Source of the DNA: an uncultured Bacteroides sp.
GTDB lineage: Bacteria; Bacteroidota; Bacteroidia; Bacteroidales; Muribaculaceae
Length of the DNA stretch: 33,943 nucleotides
Assembly: GCA_964648845.1 (NCBI GenBank)
Contig: CAZYNO010000001.1
Coordinates: 1 to 33,943, forward strand
Direction of reading: 5' to 3'
The position numbers were made by a program, and so were the translations under genes. Positions 25,883-33,943 of this stretch are shown in pieces. The first letter of the stretch is position 1. Each line of letters begins with the position of its first letter. The notes below the pieces were generated by a model that worked only from the letters and a program-made list of their open reading frames with translations, did not search any database and was not told where the DNA came from.

Positions 25883-28800
25883 CTATTCGCCGTCGAGCAC
25901 TTTTTTGTATTCGTAAGGTATAACCTTGATAAATTGGTCAACATACTCTTGCCAGTTTTCAAGCATTTGAGCGGCAAGAGGGCTGCGAGTGTATTTGTAG
26001 TGGTTGCTGATGAGCCTGTAAAGCTCGCGGTTGTCGGCCATATCTTCGATTAGCGACAGCTCAACCATCTCCATGTTGCAGAAGTAGTCGAAGTCGCCGT
26101 TGGGGTTCCAGACGTAGGCAATGCCGCCGCTCATGCCGGCAGCGAAGTTGCGTCCTGTTGTGCCGAGCACCACGGTGCGTCCGCCGGTCATATATTCGCA
26201 GCAGTGGTCGCCCACGCCTTCAACCACGGCTATTGCACCCGAGTTGCGCACGCAGAAACGTTCGCCAACGCGGCCGTTGATGTAAATCTCGCCTGAAGTT
26301 GCGCCATAGAGCAATGTGTTGCCGGCAATGATGTTGTCTTGGGGCTTGAATGTGCTGCAAGCCGGCGGAACGATAACAATTTTACCGCCAGACAGACCTT
26401 TGCCCACATAGTCGTTGGCGTCGCCCTCAAGGCGCATAGATATGCCGTGAGCCAGGAATGCGCCGAAGCTTTGTCCCGCAGAGCCTTTGAATGTGCAGTT
26501 TATGCAGTTTTCGGGCAGCCCTTCGTTGCCGTATTTTGCTGCCACCACGCCCGAGAGCATAGCGCCAACCGAGCGGTCGGTGTTTGTGATGTTGAAGTCG
26601 AGTTGCACGGGCATCTTCTTTTCGAGCGAGGCATAGCTGCGGGCAATGAGTTTGCGGTCGAGCACCTTGTCGATGTCGTAAGAGTGCGATGCCACATGCT
26701 TGATGGCGTTTTTGCTGCTTTCTTCGGGGAAGTAGATGATTTTGCCGAAGTCAAGATTGTTGGTCTTTGTCGACAATTGTCCGGCTTTGACGGTGAGCAA
26801 GTCGCTGCGGCCGATGATATCTTCGAGCGAACGCACACCGATTTCGGCGAGAGTTTCGCGTATCTCTTGTGCGAGGAATTTAAAGTAAGTCACCAAGTGC
26901 ACCGAGCGGCCTTTGAAGCGCTCGCGCAATTCGGCATTCTGAGTGGCAACGCCCACTGGGCAAGTGTTCATGTGGCATTTGCGCATCATCACGCAGCCAA
27001 GCACAATCAGTGCGGCAGTGGCAAAGCCGTATTCTTCGGCGCCGAGCATAGCCATAATGATGACGTCGCGGGCGGTTTTGAGTTGGCCGTCAACCTGCAG
27101 CTTCACTTGTCCGCGCAGATTGTTGAGCACGAGTGTTTGCTGCGTCTCGGCAAGGCCAATCTCTGAGGGTAGGCCGGCATAGCGTATTGAGCTTGCCGGA
27201 GAAGCACCGGTGCCGCCTTCGCTGCCGCTGATGGTGATGAGGTCGCTTTTGGCTTTAGCCACGCCGGCGGCTATGGTGCCAATGCCGCTCTCGGCAACGA
27301 GTTTCACGCTGACGTTGGCTTTGGGATTGATGTTTTTGAGGTCGAAAATCAGCTGAGCCAAGTCTTCGATAGAATAGATGTCGTGGTGTGGGGGAGGCGA
27401 AATCAGCGAGATGCCGGGTATTGAGTGACGTGTTTTTGCTATCACTTTGTCAACCTTGAAGCCGGGCAATTGTCCGCCTTCGCCGGGCTTGGCGCCTTGG
27501 GCTATTTTGATTTGTATCTCGTCGGCATTCACAAGATATTCGGCGGTGACGCCAAAACGTCCCGACGCCACTTGCTTGATGGCGCTGCGTGCCGATGTGC
27601 CGTCTTCGCGCGGTTTGAAGCGCTCAGAGTCTTCGCCGCCTTCGCCGGTGTTTGAGCGTGCACCGATTTGGTTCATGGCTATGCTGAGTGCCTCGTGAGC
27701 CTCGCGGCTGATAGAGCCGAACGACATTGCGCCGGTAACAAAGCGGTGCATGATGTCTTCAACGGGCTCAACCTCTTCGATAGGTATTGCTTCGCCGCGC
27801 TTATAGTCGAGGAAGTCGCGAATGAATATGGGCTTGGGTTTGTTGTCAACGAGATTTGTAAATTCTTTGAATTTCTCGTAGCTGTTTTGACGTGTGGCAA
27901 GTTGCAGCGTAGAGATTGTTTTGGGGTTCCACGCGTGTTGCTCGCCGTCTTTGCGGAAGGTGTAGGTGCCGCGATTTTCGAGCGGTGCATTCACGTCGAA
28001 ATCGTCGCTGAATGCCTCGGCATGAACGCGGAGTATAGAGCGGCTGATGTCTTCTAAGGTTATGCCGCCGATTTTGCTGACCGTAGAGCCGAAATATTTT
28101 TCGCAAAGCTCGTCGCTGAGTCCGATGGCTTCAAACAGCTGAGCGCCTTTGTAGCTTGCCAAGGTTGATATGCCCATCTTTGACATAATTTTCAGCAAGC
28201 CTTTGTCTACTGAGTTGATATAGTTTTTGACAGCGGTGTCGAAGTCGAGCTGTATCTCTTTGTCGTTTACGAGCTGATTGATGGCGGCAAAAGCGAGATA
28301 GGGGTTTACGGCGCTGGCACCGTAGCCCGACAGCAGGGCAAAGTGCATAATCTCGCGTGCCTCGGCGGTCTCAACGATGAGCGCTGTCTGCACGCGTTTG
28401 CGGCAGTCAATGAGGTGGTGGTGCACTGCCGATGTTGCCAATATTGACGGTATCGGGGCGTGGTCTTTGTCAACGCCGCGGTCGCTGAGCACAATGTAGT
28501 TGCAGCCTTGGTCTACGGCTTTTTCGGCTTCTTCGCACAGTGCTTTTATTCCTTCTTCAAGGCCTTTGCAGCCGTCGTTCACGGCAAACACCATGGGGAG
28601 CTTGCGAGTGTTGAAGCCTTTGTAGCGCAGGTTGCAGAGCAAGTCGAGCTCGCGGTTGGTGAGGATGGGGCGCTTCAGCTCAACCATTTTGCAGAGCGCG
28701 GGTGTGGGTTCAATGAGGTTGAGGTCGATAGCACCGATATATGTGGTGAGACTCATCACCAACTCTTCGCGCAGCGGGTCGATGGGCGGGTTGGTGACTT

Positions 28801-30370
28801 GTGCAAAGTGTTGGCGGAAGTAGTTGAACATCAGCTGCGAGTTTTCGCTGAACACTGCCAGCGGTGTGTCGTTGCCCATAGAGTTGATGGGCTCTTTGGC
28901 CTCGGCAACCATTGGTGTGATGATGCGTTCAATCTCTTCGGTGTTGTAGAGGAATGTCTTCATCAGGCGGCTGTAGTTGTCGACGGTGTTGGCAACTTTG
29001 CGTCCTGATTTTATTTTGTCGAGTTTTATGCGGTTGCGCGACAACCAGTCGTGGTAGGGAAATTCGCCGGCAAGCATCTCTTTGAGCTCGGCATCGTGCA
29101 GCACTTTGCCTTGCTCCATGTCTACCATGAGCATTTTGCCCGGGCAGAGTCGGCCTTTTTCTTTCACTTCGGCAGCCTCAAACGGCAATACGCCCATCTC
29201 TGAGGCGATGATCATGTTGTCGTTGTTGGTGATGAGATAGCGTGCCGGGCGCAAGCCGTTGCGGTCGAGCATGCCACCGGCATAGCGTCCGTCGCTGAAC
29301 AGCAATGTTGCGGGGCCGTCCCACGGCTCCATCAATATTGAGTGGTATTCGTAGAACGATTTCAGCCCCGGCGATATGGGGTTTTTGTCGTTGAAACTTT
29401 CGGGCACGAGCATGGCAAGGGCATGGGGAAGGCTCATGCCGCTCATCACCAAAAATTCGAGGATATTGTCGAGCGAGGCGCTGTCGCTCATGCCTTCTTG
29501 TATTATGGGCATCACGTCGGCAGCGGCAAAGTTTGAGGGGCTGAGCACACTTTCACGAGCTTTTATCCACATTCGGTTGCCTTGTATGGTGTTAATTTCG
29601 CCGTTGTGACCGAGCAAGCGGAAAGGCTGTGCCAACGACCATGTGGGGAATGTGTTGGTGCTGAAGCGTGAGTGCACCAGAGCCATGGCTGTGGTGAAGT
29701 AGGGGCTCATCAAGTCGGAGAAGTAGTAGCGCAGCTGCAGCGATGACAGCATGCCTTTATACACAAGGTTCTTCGACGAGAGTGAGACAATGTAGAAGTC
29801 GCCTTTGTCGGCAATTTGCGACTCGGCAATTTTCTTTTCTATTTTGCGGCGCAGCACGTAGAGGCGCGGCTCGAGGGGAGTGTCTGATGTTTCGTCGGCA
29901 ATGAATATTTGTTTGATTGCCGGCTCGGCTTTGCGTGCCACTTGTCCGAGCTGTTCGTTGTTTGTGGGCACGTCGCGCACGGGCAGGAAAGATAGTCCGG
30001 CTTCGAGAGTTTCTCGCTCTATAATGTTCAGCATTATGTCCTGCGTCTCGGGGTCTTTGGGCAGAAACACCAATCCGGTGCCGTAGCGACCTTTCTCGGG
30101 CACGGCTATGCCTTGCAGCAGGATAAATTCGTGGGGTATTTGCACCATGATGCCGGCACCGTCGCCGGTTTTGTCGTCGGCACCGTCAGCTCCGCGGTGC
30201 ACCATGTGCTCAAGCACTTTGAGGCCGTTTTCAACAAGCTGGTGCGATTTTATGCCGCGAATGTTCACAAGCAGACCTACACCGCAAGCGTCGTGCTCGT
30301 ATTTCGGGTTGTAAAGTCCTTGTGGGTCAGGCAAATATTTGTGGTGAGTCTCAGTGTTGGCATTGTTCAT
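25883..30370 (-). CDS. gltB: Glutamate synthase large subunit
   Basis: EHDACGVG (N-terminal nucleophile Cys), HSRFSTNT, NTGEGGE, IAQGAKPGEGG, CVMMRKCHMNTCPVG [3Fe-4S] motif, GXGXG domain. Start at MNNAN. Confidence 0.97.
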   Translation of the reverse strand: MNNANTETHHKYLPDPQGLYNPKYEHDACGVGLLVNIRGIKSHQLVENGLKVLEHMVHRGADGADDKTGDGAGIMVQIPHEFILLQGIAVPEKGRYGTGLVFLPKDPETQDIMLNIIERETLEAGLSFLPVRDVPTNNEQLGQVARKAEPAIKQIFIADETSDTPLEPRLYVLRRKIEKKIAESQIADKGDFYIVSLSSKNLVYKGMLSSLQLRYYFSDLMSPYFTTAMALVHSRFSTNTFPTWSLAQPFRLLGHNGEINTIQGNRMWIKARESVLSPSNFAAADVMPIIQEGMSDSASLDNILEFLVMSGMSLPHALAMLVPESFNDKNPISPGLKSFYEYHSILMEPWDGPATLLFSDGRYAGGMLDRNGLRPARYLITNNDNMIIASEMGVLPFEAAEVKEKGRLCPGKMLMVDMEQGKVLHDAELKEMLAGEFPYHDWLSRNRIKLDKIKSGRKVANTVDNYSRLMKTFLYNTEEIERIITPMVAEAKEPINSMGNDTPLAVFSENSQLMFNYFRQHFAQVTNPPIDPLREELVMSLTTYIGAIDLNLIEPTPALCKMVELKRPILTNRELDLLCNLRYKGFNTRKLPMVFAVNDGCKGLEEGIKALCEEAEKAVDQGCNYIVLSDRGVDKDHAPIPSILATSAVHHHLIDCRKRVQTALIVETAEAREIMHFALLSGYGASAVNPYLAFAAINQLVNDKEIQLDFDTAVKNYINSVDKGLLKIMSKMGISTLASYKGAQLFEAIGLSDELCEKYFGSTVSKIGGITLEDISRSILRVHAEAFSDDFDVNAPLENRGTYTFRKDGEQHAWNPKTISTLQLATRQNSYEKFKEFTNLVDNKPKPIFIRDFLDYKRGEAIPIEEVEPVEDIMHRFVTGAMSFGSISREAHEALSIAMNQIGARSNTGEGGEDSERFKPREDGTSARSAIKQVASGRFGVTAEYLVNADEIQIKIAQGAKPGEGGQLPGFKVDKVIAKTRHSIPGISLISPPPHHDIYSIEDLAQLIFDLKNINPKANVSVKLVAESGIGTIAAGVAKAKSDLITISGSEGGTGASPASSIRYAGLPSEIGLAETQQTLVLNNLRGQVKLQVDGQLKTARDVIIMAMLGAEEYGFATAALIVLGCVMMRKCHMNTCPVGVATQNAELRERFKGRSVHLVTYFKFLAQEIRETLAEIGVRSLEDIIGRSDLLTVKAGQLSTKTNNLDFGKIIYFPEESSKNAIKHVASHSYDIDKVLDRKLIARSYASLEKKMPVQLDFNITNTDRSVGAMLSGVVAAKYGNEGLPENCINCTFKGSAGQSFGAFLAHGISMRLEGDANDYVGKGLSGGKIVIVPPACSTFKPQDNIIAGNTLLYGATSGEIYINGRVGERFCVRNSGAIAVVEGVGDHCCEYMTGGRTVVLGTTGRNFAAGMSGGIAYVWNPNGDFDYFCNMEMVELSLIEDMADNRELYRLISNHYKYTRSPLAAQMLENWQEYVDQFIKVIPYEYKKVLDGE

Positions 30371-30453
30371 TATACATTCAGACATCTTTTCATAGATTTT
30401 AGTGAAACAAGTAGGCCTAAATATGCAGTTATGCAGAAACCTAAAATCACTTG

Positions 30454-30485
30454 CAAAGATATAACAAAATGCTAAAATATGCAAA
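30454..30485 (-). promoter_or_regulatory. Sigma-A promoter of gltB
   Basis: Minus strand TTTG (30482-30485), 20 nt spacer, TATCTTTG (30454-30461). Confidence 0.8.
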
Positions 30486-30555
30486 TTTTAATGACACAAA
30501 CACACAAAAAATGCATAATTTCAAACATAATGATATGAATGCCGCTTTAGCGCTG

Positions 30556-31449
30556 CTATTTGCCGCGAGTCACCAGGTAGACGCCTGAAAAGATGAGAAT
30601 TATAGCTATACCTTTCGCTACGCTGAACGAGTCCATGCCCCACATTATTGCCACAACGCATGCCACGGTGGGCTGCACATAGTTGTAAGTGGCGGTGACG
30701 GTGGGACTGAGTCGCTTTTGTGCAACAACAATGAATGTGTAGGCAACGAATGTGGCGAAGACCACGATGTAAACTATGCCGCCGGCTTGCAGCAGACTCA
30801 GCTGTGTCCAGTCGGTGGCAGCGAGGCTTTGTGCCGAAAACGGCAGCACGCACACAAAGGCAAACGTAAACATCCACTTCATGATTGTGAACATGGAATA
30901 TTTTCGCACAAAGTCCTTATATATAACTATGTAGAGGGCGTAGCTGAATTGCGCGGTGAGCACCAGAATGTCGCCGAGTATGGCGTTTGTAGGCGCCACG
31001 GCAAGGTTTGAGTGGCTTTTGCCGCCGGCAATGAGCAGTGTGGCGCCCACGGCTCCGGCAATAATGCCGGCAACTTTGCGTCCGGTGATGCGGTCTTTGA
31101 GTATCACGGCCGAGAGTATCATGGCCCACAGCGGCATGCTTGTGGTGATGATTGACGCGTCGCCCGGAGTGGTGAGGCCCACGCCAAAAATAAAGCAGCC
31201 CTGATTGAACACTATGGCAAGCAGCGAGGCCACGAACAGTCGAGCCAAATCTTTGGCGGGCACATGCTCACGCGGCATAAACATAGACGCTATCCAGAAG
31301 AGTATCATTGCGCCGGCAATGCGTAGATTCGTGACTATCAACGGGGTGATAAGTCCGCCAATCATCACAAACTTTGCGATGGGCGACATTAATCCCCACA
31401 TAACATTGGCGCACAGCATCGCGCTGTGCCCCTTCAGCGATTGATTCAT
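30556..31449 (-). CDS. EamA/DMT family transporter
   Basis: About 10 TM helices in two EamA repeats (ANVMWG; YNYVQP). Start at MNQSLKGH; -7 box TAATTTTG at 31474-31481. Confidence 0.92.
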   Translation of the reverse strand: MNQSLKGHSAMLCANVMWGLMSPIAKFVMIGGLITPLIVTNLRIAGAMILFWIASMFMPREHVPAKDLARLFVASLLAIVFNQGCFIFGVGLTTPGDASIITTSMPLWAMILSAVILKDRITGRKVAGIIAGAVGATLLIAGGKSHSNLAVAPTNAILGDILVLTAQFSYALYIVIYKDFVRKYSMFTIMKWMFTFAFVCVLPFSAQSLAATDWTQLSLLQAGGIVYIVVFATFVAYTFIVVAQKRLSPTVTATYNYVQPTVACVVAIMWGMDSFSVAKGIAIILIFSGVYLVTRGK

Positions 31450-31773
31450 TGTAGCAATAATTTTTTTACCCCGCAAAATTACTACATTTTGCCCAATCCA
31501 CCCCAAAAATTACATCCTCTTAACACTGCGAAGTCGGTGTTCAGTGAGGCCTGCGCCAACCCAAGCCGGCCAATGTCGGAGACGTTGCATCTCCAAACCG
31601 GAGAATTAATCTCTATGAAAAAATTCGCAAAGTTTAAATTTTTGTAGAAAATATTTGGAAATATTAATTTTGATTTGTAAATCTGGCGGCGAGATAACAA
31701 ACCTTTGGTTCTCATTGCATAACAAGCATATATACATTGTAACTGAACTTCACTTCGAAAGATATTTGCTACC

Positions 31774-31893
31774 ATGAAGTCGGCAAATAAACATATTAAA
31801 GTCTTCGTTATTTCGCTGTTACTTATTGCGATAAGTGGCTGCGGCAATCATTATGATGTCACAGAAAATAAACCTTTTTTTACTAACCAATAA
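31774..31893 (+). CDS. Putative 39-aa small lipoprotein or gene remnant
   Basis: MKSANKHIKVFVISLLLIAISG-C-GNHYDVTENKPFFTNQ: basic n-region, hydrophobic h-region, lipobox ISGC. Below the ORF-track length cutoff. Confidence 0.4.
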   Translation: MKSANKHIKVFVISLLLIAISGCGNHYDVTENKPFFTNQ

Positions 31894-31903
31894 ATTTATA
31901 ATC

Positions 31904-32071
31904 ATGAGATTAAATCTGTTTTTAGCAGCGATACTGTGCTGCAGCATCACTCCTTTCGCTGAAGCTATGCTATCAGCGTATTCAACACCTCCGGATGGGA
32001 CACCACCGGCTAGGCCTCCTCACACACCCCCGGCATATACTGTAACCATACACGTTTCCGCCATATTATGA
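31904..32071 (+). CDS. Putative 55-aa secreted Pro-rich peptide
   Basis: AT-rich leader; signal-like MRLNLFLAAILCCSITPFAEA followed by TPPDGTPPARPPHTPP; hairpin AGGCGAT-ACA-ATCGCCT immediately after the stop. Confidence 0.4.
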   Translation: MRLNLFLAAILCCSITPFAEAMLSAYSTPPDGTPPARPPHTPPAYTVTIHVSAIL

Positions 32072-32258
32072 AGGCGATACAATCGCCTACACAGTAGAAA
32101 AATTGAGACTACCACCTAAAGTTTCATATTACATTAACAATCAATTATTTGATAGTATAAAAATAAACATTAATTAACCACGGTTTCAAAAGTTACATCG
32201 CCGATAATGCAACGGTTATCGGCGGTGTAGTTTGTGAAACTTTAAACCTTTTAAAGAC

Positions 32259-33731
32259 ATGAAAGCTGTTTTAAAGATTTTGGTGAGTGTTGCTGCAGTG
32301 ATGGCATGCCTGCCTTGTCGTGCGACTGAAAACTTTAGTCATGAGTATTTGTCGCAGTTGACATTAGTGGATAGGCCTATTGAGAATGTGCGTACCCTAT
32401 CCGACGAAAATGCTTCAGATGTTTTGCATCTTGATGTTACAACACTTGACGTTACGGTTAATGCCGGAGAGTTGGCTTCGGCTATCGAAGATAAGATTAC
32501 GGATATTGACTCGTTGGTTGTGCATGGCACAATAAACGACAATGACTTTGATGCATTGTGGGGAGCTACATTTCATGGCCGTGTTTCGGTTATTAATCTT
32601 AGCGACGTTAATATTGAGAGCCATAGTGTGCCTGACAATGCTTTCTGGCACTCAGAGCAGGTCAGCACTTTGCAAGGCGTTATTTACCTCACAAGATTGA
32701 AACATCTCATTCTGCCTAATGATGTAGAACGCATTGGCAAACAAGCTTTTTATTTTGGTACTCACCTTACTGAAATAAATATACCGTCTAAACTAAAAAG
32801 CATTGGTTACTACAGCTTTGGCGAGTGTCGCACACTAAATTTCGACAAGTTGGTATTGCCCGAAGGTTTTGAAACAATTGAAGATGCCGCATTTGGCTAC
32901 TGTAGCTATTTACATGGCTCACTGGTGCTGCCATCGACAATCAGACGCATTGGCACAGGCGCATTTTTCGGTGCCAAACTCACCGAAATCACTATTCCGG
33001 AAGGTCTTGAAACCATCGGCGAATGTGCATTCTACGGCTGCAGCTTCAAGGATGTTGTGCTGCCCAACAGCTGCGTAAATATTGAGGGCACCGAGCAGTT
33101 TGGCAACAACTACGAGCTTGAGAGCGTGACTTTGCCCGCAAAATTGACAAAAATACCGGAATTAATGTTCAATGAATGTACGAGCCTAACAAAAGTTGTT
33201 TTCCCGGCAGAGGTAGATACTATCGGCAAACAAGCATTCTATGATTGCAGAGCGCTGACAGACATCTATTTGAATGAAGGACTGAAGGTTGTTCAAAGTG
33301 AAGCTTTCTATGGCTGCAGCAGCGTGACGTCGGCATCGTTCCCGGCATCTACCGAATTTTTGGGCATAAATTCGTGCTTTGGCTGGAATAGCTGTCAAAT
33401 GATATATAGCCACAGCGCAGTGCCGCCCACGTGCGAAACAAATGAGAATGCCAATTGTGTGCCCTCTCCGTTTGGCTATCTTTGTATGTTCAATGAAAAA
33501 ATAACTGTGTACGTGCCGGTAGGAAGTGCCGACACATATAGCGAAACACAAGGGTGGGCATATTTTGTGAATTTTGTTGAGACCGATGATTTCCCCGCAT
33601 CGGTTAGCGACATCACAAGCGACGTGCGCATCAACGACAATACAATATACGACATCATGGGCCGCCGCGTGGCAAAGACCGTCCCCGGCAATCTATACAT
33701 CCAATCCGGCAAAAAATTCATTGCAAAGTAA
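32259..33731 (+). CDS. BspA-type leucine-rich repeat (LRR_5) secreted protein with T9SS-type C-terminal domain
   Basis: Signal peptide; repeated LP..L..IG..AF..C..L units; VYVPVGS..Y....GW cap; tail IYDIMGRRV...GNLYIQSGKKFIAK. Confidence 0.9.
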   Translation: MKAVLKILVSVAAVMACLPCRATENFSHEYLSQLTLVDRPIENVRTLSDENASDVLHLDVTTLDVTVNAGELASAIEDKITDIDSLVVHGTINDNDFDALWGATFHGRVSVINLSDVNIESHSVPDNAFWHSEQVSTLQGVIYLTRLKHLILPNDVERIGKQAFYFGTHLTEINIPSKLKSIGYYSFGECRTLNFDKLVLPEGFETIEDAAFGYCSYLHGSLVLPSTIRRIGTGAFFGAKLTEITIPEGLETIGECAFYGCSFKDVVLPNSCVNIEGTEQFGNNYELESVTLPAKLTKIPELMFNECTSLTKVVFPAEVDTIGKQAFYDCRALTDIYLNEGLKVVQSEAFYGCSSVTSASFPASTEFLGINSCFGWNSCQMIYSHSAVPPTCETNENANCVPSPFGYLCMFNEKITVYVPVGSADTYSETQGWAYFVNFVETDDFPASVSDITSDVRINDNTIYDIMGRRVAKTVPGNLYIQSGKKFIAK

Positions 33732-33794
33732 GGAGAAGCATGCAAGTGGCAACCCTTGCGGGTGCTGCTGCCATAGGGCTCGGCCGTGGGTGGG

Positions 33795-33943
33795 TTAGAG
33801 CTTTTGTTTGAGCAGGGATATCATGTGGGCGGCGCGGCGGTGTATCGCTTCGGCGTAGAATTTGTGGCTCTCGCTGAGGGTGTCAAAATATTTTTCGTCG
33901 GGATAGCGCCAGGTGGCAACAAGTCGCGGCGGCTCGTTGACAA
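33795..33943 (-). CDS. 3' end of an unidentified gene (partial)
   Basis: Open frame ...VNEPPRLVATWRYPDEKYFDTLSESHKFYAEAIHRRAAHMISLLKQKL* with host-like GC3-rich codons; runs off the window edge. Confidence 0.55.
   Translation of the reverse strand, partial: VNEPPRLVATWRYPDEKYFDTLSESHKFYAEAIHRRAAHMISLLKQKL

Noticed and set aside
25792-25977. Extended N-terminus of the GPH transporter overlapping gltB
   Set aside because: It spans the promoter/palindrome; ATG 25791 fits the family and the promoter position.
26339-27166. Long antisense ORFs (also 4234-4941, 7188-7826, 10647-11297, 15930-16631, 21061-21762, 23827-24576)
   Set aside because: These are shadow frames opposite well-supported genes with biased codon usage, and they show no family motifs.
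30371-30484. Extended gltB start (and similarly 31450-31506 for EamA and 15693-15752 for the POT transporter)
   Set aside because: The gltB and EamA extensions run across consensus promoter boxes; the POT extension precedes the family-typical MFKNHP start.
31500-31620. Short hairpins upstream of the EamA gene as a possible riboswitch
   Set aside because: No recognisable aptamer consensus, and they lie upstream of the EamA -7 box.
32046-32177. Alternative-frame stretch PYTFPPYYEGDTIAYTVEKLRLPPKVSYYINNQLFDSIKININ as a frameshifted continuation of the 55-aa ORF
   Set aside because: It has no start codon or obvious slippery site and cannot be supported without homologues.
1-33943. CRISPR arrays, tRNA/rRNA genes, IS elements, integrases
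   Set aside because: No periodic repeat-spacer pattern, cloverleaf, or transposase/recombinase motifs were seen by eye.

Overview
A Bacteroidales chromosomal segment. The Bacteroidetes TAnnTTTG promoters, the SusC/SusD pair and the short C-terminal T9SS-type tails suggest Muribaculaceae or a Prevotella-like lineage; this taxonomy is an inference. The window carries both halves of a xylan-utilisation locus. The uptake half is on the + strand at 1-5493 (susC 3' end, susD, a surface glycan-binding lipoprotein and a CBM-interrupted GH10). It is followed by an uncharacterised secreted multi-module protein. The degradation half is on the - strand at 18842-25791 (GPH transporter, GH10-GH43 fusion, cytoplasmic GH43, GH67). 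About 13 kb separates the two halves. It holds housekeeping genes (HAD, ftsB-like, U32, secG, TPR-like, lptE, sigma54-type ATPase, acyltransferase, SRP RNA, M28/glutaminyl cyclase, sufE, POT transporter) and an AT-rich MqsR-like/Panacea toxin-antitoxin islet with an inverted repeat in its promoter. The right end has gltB with no adjacent gltD, an EamA transporter, an AT-rich stretch with two tiny signal-peptide ORFs, and a BspA-type LRR protein. All calls come from motif recognition by eye; no searches were run.
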